In this document: positions 1-12,485 of the stretch, piece by piece
Numbering within the stretch: position 1 is the stretch's first letter
How the letters are laid out: each line of letters starts with the position of its first letter
NCBI GenBank assembly: GCA_010356995.1
Contig: ML996689.1
Span: 1,010,691 to 1,074,690, forward strand
DNA: 64,000 nt
Direction of reading: 5' to 3'
Origin: Trichodelitschia bisporula
Lineage: Eukaryota
The notes under the pieces: generated by a model
Told to the model about the DNA's origin: nothing
The model's database searches: none
The model's input: only the letters and a program-made list of their open reading frames with translations
Position numbers and translations under genes: made by a program

Positions 1-752
1 TCATCATGTACCGCCAGATTTGCAAGTGCTCTCTCCGTCCTACTTGTCTCATCATCCCGGGGACGCCCACCCCTTTGAATGATATCGTCCTGGCTCAGAG
101 GCCTGTCTCCTTCGTTCAAGACGATGGCCTCTCGTCGACGGCGCCTCAAAGCCTGTTCTTCGGGGCTCTCTTCGTGGGGTCGAGCTCGAGTGCGGTCTGG
201 GGTGGTTGGCAAGAGGTCATCTATGAGTGACGGAATCCGAATCTTTCTCTTAGAGTAGCGTTGCAAGAGATGCAATGTTCGTCGCCCGCGTTCATTGATC
301 CTAGCATCCGGTCCAATACAGTCGTCGCCAAATGCCTGGCGCGCTGAGGTGTCATGAAAGAATCGATTGCAAACTATTTGGATAGCGCTTGTATCTAGTC
401 AGCTTCGTCTCGCACGTCAAGATCGTCTCCCTTACGCTCGTCGGATATCCGGGTTTGAGCTTTGTGCTAGAACTTTCAGAGTGTCTATCTGTATCGCTGC
501 GAGGATCAGCCAGTAATCGGCTTGCTGACCTCGTCAGTACTTGCCATCCTCCGTCGCGCGTGATACATCTAGTCGACGAGGTTCTTCATGTATCTTGGTG
601 AGTTGTAGCAATTCGAGAACCGCATTTGCTACCCCGCGAGTAGCGAGGAATGCTAGGGCTCCTGGCCATGGTTCAGCAGAGCCCGCGATATGGTCATCAT
701 CATCATCACCTAAACCCAGCCAAAGCCATCTGTCCTTCAGTTTCCACGCCAT
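1..752 (-). CDS. Conserved fungal hypothetical protein (partial, runs off left edge), 2-3 introns incl. a GC-AG intron
   Basis: Manual splicing gives MAWKLKDRWLWL..GALAFLATRGVANAVLELL..RATED/AIQIDTLKVLAQSSNPDIRRA/AIQIVCNRFFHD..EEQALRRRRREAIVLNEGDRPLSQDDIIQR, open to position 1. The RRRREAxVLNxGxRP..DII tail resembles a recalled uncharacterised fungal family. Confidence 0.7.
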
Positions 753-1142
753 ATTCAAACCGACAAGCCATACGTGACGACACAGGCTATGAAAGGACAG
801 AAATGAGTAAAGTGTGTTATGGTTAAGTTACAGGGCAACGAGATTCCGTCAAAGAACCCAAAAGCACACACCCTTGGCCAAGCCGGCGTTGGTCAGTCAC
901 CCACTTACGCCTGCCCACCCAGCATGTGAGGGGCATTCCATTGAGGAACATCCAGACACCGTAATAATAGCACCTTGATAGGCCCGGAGCAAAAATAAAG
1001 AAAAGTTTTGCGTGAGCGCTGAATTTCCTTGGTATCTATACGCACCAACGCCAGTGAATGCTAACTATGCGGATTCACCCCGGAGCTTTGCCCATCAATA
1101 AACCTTACGCCTCCAGCCCATGCGACTGCCTTACTGCTAACA

Positions 1143-2533
1143 CTAACCCCTAGGGCTCTGCGTGCGCGGCACAACCGACTTTATAGCCCAATGGCAATTG
1201 ACGTATTCGTCTGACACTGGATCATAAGCCGCAAAGACATCAACAATGACCTTGGCTTTCGTCCCAACCACCTCAACCAGCCCCGTAATGACCACTGTCC
1301 CCCTCGGCGGATCCATCCTAGCGCGCCTCCGGTCATTAGATAGGGCCTTCACAAAGGTGCTGAGTACCGAACCGGTTCCACCTGGTTGCTGCGAGGGGAA
1401 GTCTGGAATTTTCGCTCCATCCGGCTTCGACTGCTGGGTGCCAGTGCGAGAATGCGCAGTATCAGCTGCAGGTGTAGTTACTCCGCCCTTTTCAGCCACT
1501 GGGGTTCCGCGTCGATGCGGGGCCGAAGCCGAAGCCGCGCCTCTCGTCATTGATGACTGCTGAGGCTCAACCGTCCGCGACGCGCCATCGTTGGTATCTG
1601 TTCCTGCCGTTTGCCTCACAGCAGATTCAAAGAAACTTTTCATCCTACTCGCTTGTAGGCTGAACTGATTCTTGGCTGTAGCCCAGGAGGCTGAAAGAGC
1701 GGCGGAAGGGATGAAGGACGACCGCATTCTACGGTAATCTTCCTGACTGATAGTCTTTGTTCCGAAAAAAATTGCGTCGTCGGTAATTCCGATACTGCAT
1801 GATAGGTTTAGAGCATGAGCTTAGTTGAGGACTGGGAGCCATTACCCATTCACCTCGTAGTCTCTAGGCGGGCCAGCGGGGAACCGCATGTCCAACCAAA
1901 ATCGGCCGGCCCTTAGATTTACGGAACCGAAAATCTGACGCGAATTGGGGTGTCGTGCGTACATATTCCGAGTGATAGCTGTAAGCCGTTCTGCCCGAGT
2001 GACAGGTTGTCAGCAAGCGCATAAAACTATGGGAAGTTGGGTGGAACCATACGTGCAACGTCTTTATGCTTCTCTCGATTTCTTGAGAACTTGATGAACT
2101 CCTGCCATTCCGGATCCGACCCCTTATAGAACGTCTTCTCCCGTAGTTTGGGCCACCCGAGGGGTATGAAAAGCACATCATCCGTATCTTCTTCCTCGGT
2201 CTCTTCTACGTCGACAAAGCCATCCTCGGTCAGAGTCTCTCGCTCTTCGAGGTCGGTCCCGAAGATTAACGGGAGTCCATAGCTGAAACCGATGTATGCA
2301 GGTACTCCGTACAATGAAGCGATCGCTACGCGCCTGTTGCGGGCCTTCTGTCAGCTCGTGGAACTTCAGTGACGTATAGGTTCCCACCTCCATGTGAGAA
2401 TAGCTGGCTTCTGGAAGCGAACGCGGTACAGCGTGAACTGTGTGCCGCTGGGGGCATGACGGTGGATCGCTCGCAGTCGGGGTTGCAGAGTGCGCGGAGC
2501 AGTAAACCCGCGAAGAACGGACCGCTTGAACAT
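1143..2533 (-). CDS. Conserved fungal hypothetical protein, probable mitochondrial presequence, 3 introns
   Basis: ATG 2533 MFKRSVLRGFTAPRTLQPRLR (Arg-rich, no acidic residues). Exons join ORFs 2027-2314 (LFIPLGWPK..YKGSDPEWQEF) and 1143-1727 (PPRGTVVITGLVEV) through canonical GT-AG introns. Confidence 0.75.
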
Positions 2534-3128
2534 GTGCACAATCGCCGGACTCGAACGGAGAGGACACTGCGACGAACTTTGGTCGTCAGGAGAAGATGGA
2601 GGAGGTGGGTTGAACGTCTAGCATGACATGATAAGCGAAGTACTGACGGTATGAATAGAGCGCAATGTGTTGTCAAGGCTGAAAGTTTGTTCGGTGATGG
2701 TGGCGATGTGCGGCGCAATAATGTCGCGAGGCATCGAGCGGGCGTGGGGGGGGGGGGTAATTTGGTCAGGCATCAAACTTAGGCTTGGTTAGGCGTCACT
2801 CTACTCCTCCCGCAGCTTCCAAATCTCCTCCTCCTGACGCAGAAACCTCGATTTGCTGCGCTCGAACTCTCCCTCGCAAGTATATGGAAAACTCCCTTCT
2901 GCACATCCGTACATCCATTCATAGTACGGATTCACTATCTCACGGCACTTTGGATCGGCCGCAACGCCACGACGCATCTCCTCGACGACGCTTACTTCAT
3001 TGAGCTACCAGCAGCCCTTCCCGCTGATCGGAAGAGCGTTTTTGCGGCGACGATAACGGACTCCCTTCGCGCCCGCTTTCTCCGTCCCTCCAAGTCCACT
3101 TTCCGCAAACACAACAGCTCTTCTCCCC

Positions 3129-4441
3129 ATGCTGTGGACATATTCATCGCTTTGGCTGCTGACTGGAGCCTGCGCAGCCCAGGCTTCTCACATTTCCGGC
3201 TATGGCTTCCTTCTTGATGGCGGCAGCAATCAGCATTCTGAACCTCGACATGCATCAGCGGACTCCGCAGTGGCTCGTTTGATCCTCGCTCAGCGCATGG
3301 GACTCTCCCGCTTCCACCACCTACCGGATGCGACTGAAGAGACCATCGGGCTGGTCAACGGATTTGGAGGCCCACCGCAGCAGTTCTTTGGCCGCGATGC
3401 CTCCAACAAAGATCAGTCAAGAGTTATGCTCTGGGTTGATGGCCTTGAGCACCCTCAAAGTACGGTGCTTTTCTAAACTGAGTACAGCAGTTTGCTAAAC
3501 TATTCAGGTCAAATCCCAATCCTAGATCGATTCGACTCGCTTTCCATCAGCTCCGTCCCCCACCCTAGCGAAGCGTTGCAGCTGTTCTCGAGCTTTTGCG
3601 CGGAGGCGAAACAGCTTGGAAAAGCACCTATGCCTGGCAGCCGGGTAACAGTTGCTCTTTCTTCCTTACATTGGCTTGAACAGAGCATGGTCAAGAGCTA
3701 TGATGGGAGGTCCTTGGTGCATATCAAAGTCTCGCCGGTATGTGATGCTTACATAATGATGCATTTGTACTCACATCCTCACAGCCTCTGGATACGCAGC
3801 ACCGCTCCCAGGTCACTGCCCTGAATGACGCCATCGTCAAGCTTCATGCGCTCTCACTTACCGGCGATTTGACCCTCAGCGTTGTGTTTATGCCGCCGGA
3901 ATGGCTCTTCTCGGAGAGAGCTGCGGATGCCAGCTCCGCCCATGCTCATATAAAGCGAGGACATGCACCCAGTCCTTTGGAAGCTCCCCTTACGAGCCCG
4001 GAAACGACGCCGCAGGCCCCGAAAGTCAAAGCGGCTCAGGCACCTCAAAAGCCTCAGACATCGAAGACGAGCCTTGCTGGTGCCGTTCCCACGTGCTTTG
4101 CGTCTCTTTCCGCTTGCAAGAGTGGTACCAATAACTGCACTGGACACGGGGAGTGTTTGCTCAAGTACAAGGGTTCGGGCTCTGCTTCTGGTGACTGCTA
4201 CGGCTGCCTCTGCACAATACCCGAAGTGAGGAAGAACAAAGATGGAAGCAAGAAGACGACCAGATTCGGGGGTGCGGCGTGTCAGAAAAAGGATATTGTG
4301 ATGCCATTCTGGTTGTTGGCTGGCACATCCATCTTCATCGTGTCCATAGTGTCTTGGGGAATTGGGCTGCTCTACTCGATGGGAAATGAGGACCTTCCCT
4401 CGGTGATTGGGGCCGGCGTTTCAGGGCCACGGTCGAAGTAG
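3129..4441 (+). CDS. DUF3844 (Vps3844-type) single-pass membrane protein with signal peptide, 2 introns
   Basis: N-terminal hydrophobic signal, Cys-rich C-terminal domain (CFASLSAC..TNNCTGHGEC..CYGCLC..FGGAACQKKDI), TM helix and the LPSVIGAGVSGP tail typical of DUF3844. Confidence 0.85.
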
Positions 4442-4640
4442 TGAGGATATTCACCATTGGCGTTCAAAGCGAGAGGCGTCGGTTGTACATTTATAGGCTC
4501 CATGTACCACACATAATATTTCCGAGCACATCTATCCAAACAAACCGAACACCGGACGCCTTCAAGCCATCTTACAACCAGCCTCCGCTGCTAAGATAAA
4601 AGTACAGTGTGCCCTTGTAAACGCCCAACCACGTCGACGC

Positions 4641-5470
4641 TCAGTTTTTGCCCTTCTTCTTCTTCTTCCCTCCACTTTGCTGTGGGACTGCGGGGCCTCC
4701 TGACTCTACCAGCACCGCGTCATCATCACTGCCACGGCTGGTGAGTGGATTTAGTCCTTTGCCAGAGTTGGCTGGCGCATCTTCATCAAGCTCCTTCATG
4801 AACTCTGCCTGGATAGCGGCCCTCTTTTGGTCCCACCATTCTCTGTCGACTTTTGCTTGCGCTTGCAGCTCGTCCATGCGCTTCCTGACCAGTTGGTTGT
4901 TCGCCATCTCGTTTGCGCTCTGGAAGATGACTTGGCCCCAGTTAGGCGCAAAGGCGTTTGCCTGGCCCACGTCAGTCTGGAGCGGTAGGAAATCAGCACC
5001 ATGGGGGTTTATACCTCATTCACAACATCCCGTAGCTCTTCTTCGATCTCCTTCTCGGCGCGCAGAAAACGTTGCCACAAGTCGTCGCCGACACTTCCTC
5101 GCTGGAGGAGCGTTGAGAGTGCCTGCTTTGAGTTGCGCACAGCAAGTATCCGGTGGATGTCTTCCGTAGCTCGGCGCAGAAGTGCCGCCTTCAGAATGCT
5201 TTCGGGAACCTTGGGGGAGCCAGAATCGGGGTCAAGATGCAAAAGCGATAAGTAGACGTTCCGCTGGACATGCGGACCGAACCACGGTGCTAACGACGCT
5301 GCCTTCGCTAGTTCGTAAGAGATACGGCGTTAGTCTAGTAAACATAGCAAACAACAGAGATTTGACGTACAGGCTTTGCGCTTCCTATACAAAGAGGAGA
5401 AAGTCGCCAAAGACCCAACCAAAATGCCGAGATAGACGAACGGCAGCGCAAGCCCGACCCAGTTCACCAT
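4641..5470 (-). CDS. SEC66: ER translocation complex subunit Sec66 (Sec71), 2 introns
   Basis: MVNWVGLALPFVYLGILVGSLATFSSLYRKRK TM segment; LKAALLRRATEDI; RGSVGDDLWQRF; EANAFAPNWGQVIFQSANEM. Confidence 0.92.
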
Positions 5471-6404
5471 GTTTGCAAGATGGCCTTTCGCAGTAGCGAA
5501 GGCTGTGAGGAGGTTGTGGAATGTTGGGAAGAATGGGCACCGAACAGTTACATGCCCGGGGAAGTTGTGTCTTTTCGACTCGGTGAACTGCCACTTTCTG
5601 TCTGTATGGGGCCAGGTGGCTTTCTAGCGTTTCGACGAACCACGAGAGTTGGTGCCTTGGGCATATATTCCACTGGCTGTCAGGAAAGCTTTGGGGCTCC
5701 AAGGGCTATTTTGTAAAATAGTGGCCGCCCTGCCCAGACGTCTTTGCGTATAGCAGCGGTCACGACTTCTTCTCGGGTGAACCCTTGGCTGCTCAGCGGG
5801 CCGCGGTGGGCATGGGGGTGGGGGCCGAGCTGCCAAGAGACACGGTGGGGAAAGCGCATCACCAGTGACATGACCTGGTGAATACGGTACATAGTGCGTA
5901 TACTACATACTGTACGGATTACTGTATATCCGTATACAGCAAAGTAACCATCAACTCAACCCAAACGAAGCTCATCCTCTTCATTCACCATTTTCCTTTT
6001 TCTCCACCTTCATATACCCTTCACCTGCCCTCCTCCTACCTGTAATTCATCTTTGCTTGCCGCCAAAACACAAATTCCCCCGGGCAAATAGCGAAAACCA
6101 AGCCAGACCCGGTTATTAGGCAGCGTCAGGCTATCCTTGAACACCCGCGCAGCGGACTCCGGTGGAAAGGCTGTCATCGCGGTCGTCAGACCTCCAACTA
6201 CCCATCACACAGCCCGAACCACCCCATCCACCAGAGTCAAAAAACTCGAACATTCTTCACCCCGTCGCCATCTGCTCTGCTTACCAACCGCCCCCATCTT
6301 GTCTACCTTCCGCTCCCCAAGCTGTCCGTCTCCGCAACGACTTTCCGGAGCTTCTCCACCTTCAACCTCATCGCAGTTCCAGCTACTGTAGCTCCTCCGC
6401 CGTC

Positions 6405-8430
6405 ATGATACTCCGCTTTCGTGGTCGCGATGGCCAGTTCCGTCTCGAAGTGGACCCAAAAGACAACTTTGGTTCGCTGGAAGCGCGAATGTTAGCTCAG
6501 TTGCCCCCCGATGTCGACTTTGCCACGCTCCGCATCTGCAACAAGCCCCAGGGAGGAGACTCTCGAAAGCTCTCAGACTTGAAGAAGGTCACCTTCAAGC
6601 AGGTGGGATTGAGGTAAGCTGTGAACTACCGTCATACTGGCTCCCTGAAGCTGACTCTGTACAGCAACGGCGAACTCTTGTATCTCGACTACAGCACATC
6701 CGCTAATGGGCACGCATCACAAGCCCCACCCGCACCTGGCAGTGCACAGCATCTCAGCGGCCGTCCTGCTTTCTCCTCCGAGTCCATATCAATATCAGGA
6801 CTCAACGCCCAGGCAAAGTCGGCACCAACGCTTCGGCGCGACGTTAAGCAGTCGCCGCTGGACGATGCACTCGATAAGAAGGATGGCAAGATTCCAAGAG
6901 GCCGCGACCCCAAGATGTGCCGTCACGGAGCAAAGGGGATGTGCGACTACTGTATGCCACTGGAGCCATACGCGCCGGAATACCTGGCCGAGAAAGGCAT
7001 CAAGCACCTCTCCTTCCACTCGTACCTGCGCAAAGTGAATGCAGGGAAGAACAAGCCCGAGTCGGGGACGTCCTACATGCCTCCCCTGAGCGAACTCTAC
7101 TTTCGGGTAAAGCCAAACTGTCCCGCAGGACATCCATCTTGGCCCGAAGGTATCTGTACGAAGTGCCAGCCAAGCGCTATCACTCTGCAACCCCAGGCGT
7201 TTAGAATGGTGGACCATGTCGAATTCTCGTCGCCAAGCATTATCGATTCATTCTTGAACTTTTGGCGGCAGTCCGGCGGACAACGTCTCGGGTACCTGTA
7301 TGGGAGGTATGAAGAGTATACAGAAGTCCCGCTGGGCACGAAGGCGGTCGTAGAGGCCATATACGAGCCGCCGCAGGTAAACGAAGTTGATGGAGTATCT
7401 CTCGCTGAGTGGGAGAACGAGGAGACTGTAGAAGAAGTGGCTCGGCTCTGTGGCCTAGAAAAGCTGGGTGTCATCTTCACCGATCTCCTCGATGCTGGTG
7501 CTGGAGACGGCTCTGTCATATGCAAGCGGCATGCTGATTCCTTCTGGTTGTCCTCCCTGGAGACGGTATTCGCAGCTCGCCACCAGGCCAAAAATCCGCG
7601 GCCGACAAAATGGAGTGACAGCGGGCGTTTCGGCTCTAATTTCGTCACCTGTGTCATCAGCGGCGACGAGGACGGCCAGATTGCCATATCCTGCTACCAA
7701 GCCTCCAATGCTGCGGTGGAAATGGTGGAGGCGGACATCATAGAACCATCCGCTGACCCTTCGTTGATGTTGGTTCAGAGCGAGGAGGAGGAGGACCAGC
7801 TTGGACGCGTGCGGTACATCCCAGAGGTTTTTTACCGCAAGGTCAATGAATATGGCGCCAATGTCCTGGAGAACGCGAAGCCAGCATTTCCGGTCGAGTA
7901 TCTCTTCGTCACGTTGACTCATGGATTCCCCACCGTCGCTCGGCCTCAGTTCGAAGCCTCCAACTTTCCAGTGGAAAATCGCCAGGCTCTAGGGCATAGC
8001 CAGGAACTCTCAACGTTATCCAAGGCCCTCAAGGCTAAGTCTGGCGGGGTTCGGCTCGACAAGCCAGCTGAAGTCCGGCACATATCGGACTTTCATCTTC
8101 TTTGTTTCATCCCATCCCTTCGCATACTCGAGAAGGTAAGCGACACCAAGCCGTCATTGACTAGAGCTTGCTAACGCTTATATCTAGAACGACGTGGCCC
8201 TTCTCTGCCGTGTTGCTAGCACCGGAGATGTTTCAAGCGGCCTTCAGCTGCTTCACAACCCTAACTGGGCCACTTTGCTTACGATTATCAATGAGAGCGG
8301 TGAGCGTCCCCCAAAGCGGCAACTGTCGGCGGTATCAAGCGGTGATCCCGACGTCGGTGGCAGTGGCTTTGCCCAAGGCACGTCTGCCGAACAGCTTGCT
8401 AAGCGGGTTAAGAGGGTTAGCCTGAGGTAG
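6405..8430 (+). CDS. NPL4: Cdc48 cofactor Npl4, 2 introns
   Basis: [10 protein letters not shown] ubiquitin-like start; zf-Npl4 motifs [18 protein letters not shown] and [21 protein letters not shown]-like [24 protein letters not shown]. Confidence 0.97.
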
Positions 8431-9538
8431 ATTTGAGTGCGCTTCGCCGTACTGCGTCCCACCCCAGGCTACAACCCTCTGTAGGTCCGACGGCCACGTT
8501 TCATCCTACGATTGAACCAGCGCCCCCTTTCGCATTCCCGCTCTAGGTCGAACTCTCGTCACTTCGAAGGCTACGATCACGAACTGGATGGACTTCTGTG
8601 GACATGAATCCAGAAACCATGGGATGTAGGGGTATACATTATTAAGAGGAACCACAGTAGACTAAATGGATGCATTCTGAGGAGGCATGTGAAGATCGAC
8701 TTATAGCCGTGACATCGTTCTCGACATCGTCCTTGTCGACGATACCCTTGTCCAACCCGGGGGGGGGGCCGGCCCTATTCCCACATTTCAGCTCCGCGCA
8801 TCCTGGCCATTTCCGATGTTAAAAGACGTTCACGACTTCGACTGACGTTGATAGTCTTCGTATTGCGATATTGGGAACCTAGTTTGACTCTTCATCCTCC
8901 CAATCACCGACAAGCTGCAAGGCATGCGATGTATGTGGCTACTAGCGCACAGTTACTCCCGCCGCGATATGCTCACAACTTAGCAAATGGCCCACAGCAA
9001 TACGTTCCTGTGACTGGGCAGGATTGGACATCAATGGCAAGGCTGAAGGCAGAGGGGTAGGAGAAGAGTTGGGAGGTTGATAGCTGACGGTTCCCTTAAG
9101 GACCTCTGTCATCTCCTAATGAGGTGGAGAAGCTGATCGCTACCAGCCAGGTGTCTACTTGCAAACCGACCATTTGGTACGACTCGTTTTTCGTTCATGT
9201 GGCCACGTCCTAATGTGATATCTCAACCGCAGGCCGATCCACAAGATTTGGAAAGCCGTTCAGCCGTCCAGCCATTCAGCTCCAGTACGACATAAGGTGC
9301 GTTCCAGGTCGTGTCATTGGGAATAATGACGTCAAAAAGCAAGTACTCGAAAGCATGAAAAAATTCAGGTCCGCAGGTCCAGGCCGCGAGCCCCATTCGA
9401 TATTTGCGGAAGAGTTTGCCTAGACTCAAGTACATTGAATTTCCAGCAACGCACAATGTCAGGCGCATTCTGACCAGAATTCGCAATGAAGTGGTCGAAA
9501 GATTGGTATAACAACGGTTCTCAGAGGAACGGACCACG

Positions 9539-10762
9539 CTAGCCGTTGGACTGCAGAATATCAGATATCCGAAGGGTAAGATCCAGAATCGTCAGGTGCT
9601 CGTCTGCTCCGTCCACCAGCCGCTTATCCGACTCCGAAAAGACCATGACGATCAGGTTCTTGCAGGAGTCCGATATCGTCTCGTCAAAGACCAACTTGTC
9701 GTAAAGTTGTTGGAGGATCTGTGTGGCACTCCAGCCATCGGCCGCAATGTCTTCTACGATGGTGTTGACCGACTCGAAAGCCCTCCCCTTCGACTTGGAC
9801 TGCATCGCTTGCAGCAACCGATCGATGACATCACCGGAAACGACACCCGCTATCTCTTCAACTATCCGAACCGTCACTGCCTTTCTTGGGACGTCAATGT
9901 CCATGGCGTCGGGCCCGTCACCGGCTGTTTGTAGAGCGCCTACAAGCCTAGCGGAGCTTTGTAAAAAGGTGATGGCCTTTCTCAGGTCTCCGTCAGAACA
10001 CCGGACCAGCGCGTCTACAGCACCGTCCTCCAACTCAACTTTCTCAAGCTGCGCGATTTCTTCCAATCGCTTCCCCGCATTCGCCTTGTCCAAGCCCTTG
10101 AAGCGAAACTTGCTGCAACGGCTAGCAAGAGGATCGATTATACGTGTGACGTAGTTGCATACGAGGCAGAATCGCGTGATTTTGGAATATGTCTCCATGG
10201 TACGTCTCAGAGCGCTCTGGGCATCCTGCGTCATGCTGTCCGCTTCATCAAGGATGATGATCTTGAAGGGCGGGACGGGATATTTCTTGCGGTATTCAAT
10301 CCCAGCTGGTCCGGCTGGAGGATTGGACAAGTGCTGGCGGGCAAAATCCTTGACCTTTTCACGCACAATGGAGATGCCGCGCTCATCGGAGGCGTTCAAC
10401 TCCAATACGCGGGTGTGAAAGAGTTCCGGTCCATAGAGCTCTTTTGCAAGCGCGAGAATGGTGCTTGTCTTGCCAGTTCCAGGTGGACCATAGAAGAGCA
10501 TGTGCGGAAGATTGGACGATTGGAGTGTACGTTTAAGGACTGAGATTGCATGGTCTTGCGCGGTAACATCAGACAAAGTCTTTGGCCGGCTTATGAGAGT
10601 TAGTTTAGAAAAGTGAGGGAAGCACAAGCGGAAACAAACGGAAACATACTATTTCTCGACCCAGGGCTGAATGCGGGCATTCTCCTGCTTCCCACCAGCC
10701 TTAGACGCGCCGGCAGAGGCTGCGGCATCCTTTCTCGCGCGAATGTCGAAGAAGCTGGCCAT
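9539..10762 (-). CDS. RFC2: Replication factor C small subunit Rfc2 (human RFC4), 1 intron
   Basis: QPWVEKYRPK, Walker [32 protein letters not shown] motif, [10 protein letters not shown]. Confidence 0.95.
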
Positions 10763-10829
10763 AGTAGTGAGTTGATGATGGGGTCTGGGTAAACTCGCTA
10801 GGGGCGTTTGGGGTGCAGATAGGGTGGGG

Positions 10830-10835
10830 ACGCGT
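10830..10835. promoter_or_regulatory. MCB element (ACGCGT) ~70 bp upstream of RFC2
   Basis: ACGCGT followed by further CGCG cores up to ~10860. MCB/MBF control of replication genes is established in ascomycetes. Confidence 0.5.
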
Positions 10836-10952
10836 CGGCGCGCGGTCACGCCAGTCGCGCCAAGCCATAAAGGTTCGCCAAGGTAGGGACGGGTTCGGTA
10901 AGGGCTCCGGGGCTCAAGTACGGTAGTGGCCCCTGTCAACAGCTTCGCCTGT

Positions 10953-10990
10953 GCCAGCCCTGAACATCTCAGCCAGCCCTGAACGTCTCA
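10953..10990. repeat. 19-bp tandem duplication GCCAGCCCTGAAC(A/G)TCTCA x2
   Basis: Read directly: 10953-10971 and 10972-10990, one mismatch. Confidence 0.9.
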
Positions 10991-11660
10991 GCTGTCAGTG
11001 GGGAAGCTGGCACGGCAGGCCTTGTTCAAGATATTGAGACCATCGCTTCAATTCAGCTCCCATGTTGCCTGGGGATAGCAACTGCTTACTCTAACTACCT
11101 GTCCGATAGGTCTGAGGTTTATCTCCAGCTGCGGGGAGACCGAATGAAAGGTCTGGGCCACCTGTGATACCCCGCAGCCCCGCCGAGCCTGCTACTATGT
11201 ACCGTAGTAGCGCTTGAATTGCATCAGCTAACATGCTACCGTCGCCAGCAAACTCCTTCTTGCATACCGCAGGTGCCTCGCTTCCTTACCCCCTCCCGCG
11301 CCGCTGCTTGCGGAGCTTCACTTGAAAGATATGGTTGGCCTGCTTCTTGCCGAGATCAGACCTCCCCTTGCCCGCGAAATTGGTCCTGCTTGAACGTATC
11401 CATCCTAGCGACGTCACCAATGAGTCAATTGGAAGGTCCGAGGCCTACAGCCTAGGTTGTTTGAGAGGCAACTAAAAGCATGTGCCATCCATTCAAATAT
11501 AAGCTAATCTATACCACCTCCCCCCTCCTCGATCCTCTTCGACCCTTCTCCAACCTCTTAGATATTCCGGCGTTCTTGTAAACCACTTTCAGGGCCTACA
11601 TATCATCTCGTCAGCGGCAACCAATTCGTATCTACTGTACCTTCAACACCTCCATTCGCC

Positions 11661-12351
11661 ATGGCTGCCCCCAAAACTGTTAACATCCATGACCTAACTG
11701 GGACCTACATTTTGGTGAGCATGTTCTCCACAAGTCTCTAAGGGGCGATAAGATGCTGATTTCTCAAAGAATAGGTCTCTTTCCGACGATACAGACGCGA
11801 TTCTCGCACTGGTACTTGGCTGTTCCATCTCCGCTTACGAGCTCGCACACTAACTGCCCTGACAGCAAGGTATCGGCTGGTTGACCCGCAAAGTTATCAG
11901 CACCATGACAATCACCTTGCACACTAAGCAATACAAGGATGAACAAGGTCTGGAGCATATCGACATCGAGCAGCCTGGCGTTGGTTTCAAGACCACCGAA
12001 CTCCGTACTCTTGACGGACAATGGCGCGAGCACGAGGATTATGTCTTCGGGGCTGTCAAGGGGAAGTCCATATTCATCAAAACCGCCGACTTAAACGGCC
12101 AAGATCCCGATGAGGCATACCTTAAGGAGGGCTGGAATGAGGAAACCGCCAGTGGTGACGTGGTCGAATCCGTTGCGGAAAGCATTAAGAACGGATGGGC
12201 AGCCAGACAGATCTGGGGCTTTGAGGAAGTGGAGGTCAATGGCAAGAAGGAACGCAGATACGTCAGACACATTGTTGTCAAGAAGAAGGAGAAGACGATC
12301 CACGCGAAGTTGGTGTACGATTTCCAGGAGCCTTCGGCCGTGAGCACTTGA
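11661..12351 (+). CDS. Conserved fungal protein (often annotated 'LCCL domain'; probable lipocalin/FABP-like beta-barrel), 2 introns
   Basis: MAAPKTVNIHDLTGTYIL/NRSLSDDTDAILAL/QGIGWLTRK..WREHEDYVFGAVKGKS..QIWGFEEV..RRYVR. TATA-like TATAA at ~11498. Confidence 0.8.
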
Positions 12352-12485
12352 GCCGACTGAGCTAGACTGCTAGATGCTAGTGAATCATCAACTGGAGTCA
12401 TATGCTCGTTAGGCCCTTCGCTCATCGAGTGCACAACTTCTTTGCCGAGCATGCAGCCGTGCAAGGAGGCCCACTGCTGAAAGCT

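Noticed and set aside
2746..2757. Poly-G runs (also 8759-8768 and 23459-23468)
   Set aside because: Simple intergenic homopolymers with no associated element ends or target-site duplications.
8300..8546. Possible alternative NPL4 3' splice (GTGAGC donor after ..NES)
   Set aside because: No convincing branch point or acceptor, and the unspliced tail (GERPPKR..LAKR) resembles what I recall of filamentous-fungal Npl4.
9223..9537. 104-aa ORF directly downstream of RFC2
   Set aside because: GTG start, no recognisable motifs, and it lies in the probable RFC2 3' UTR.
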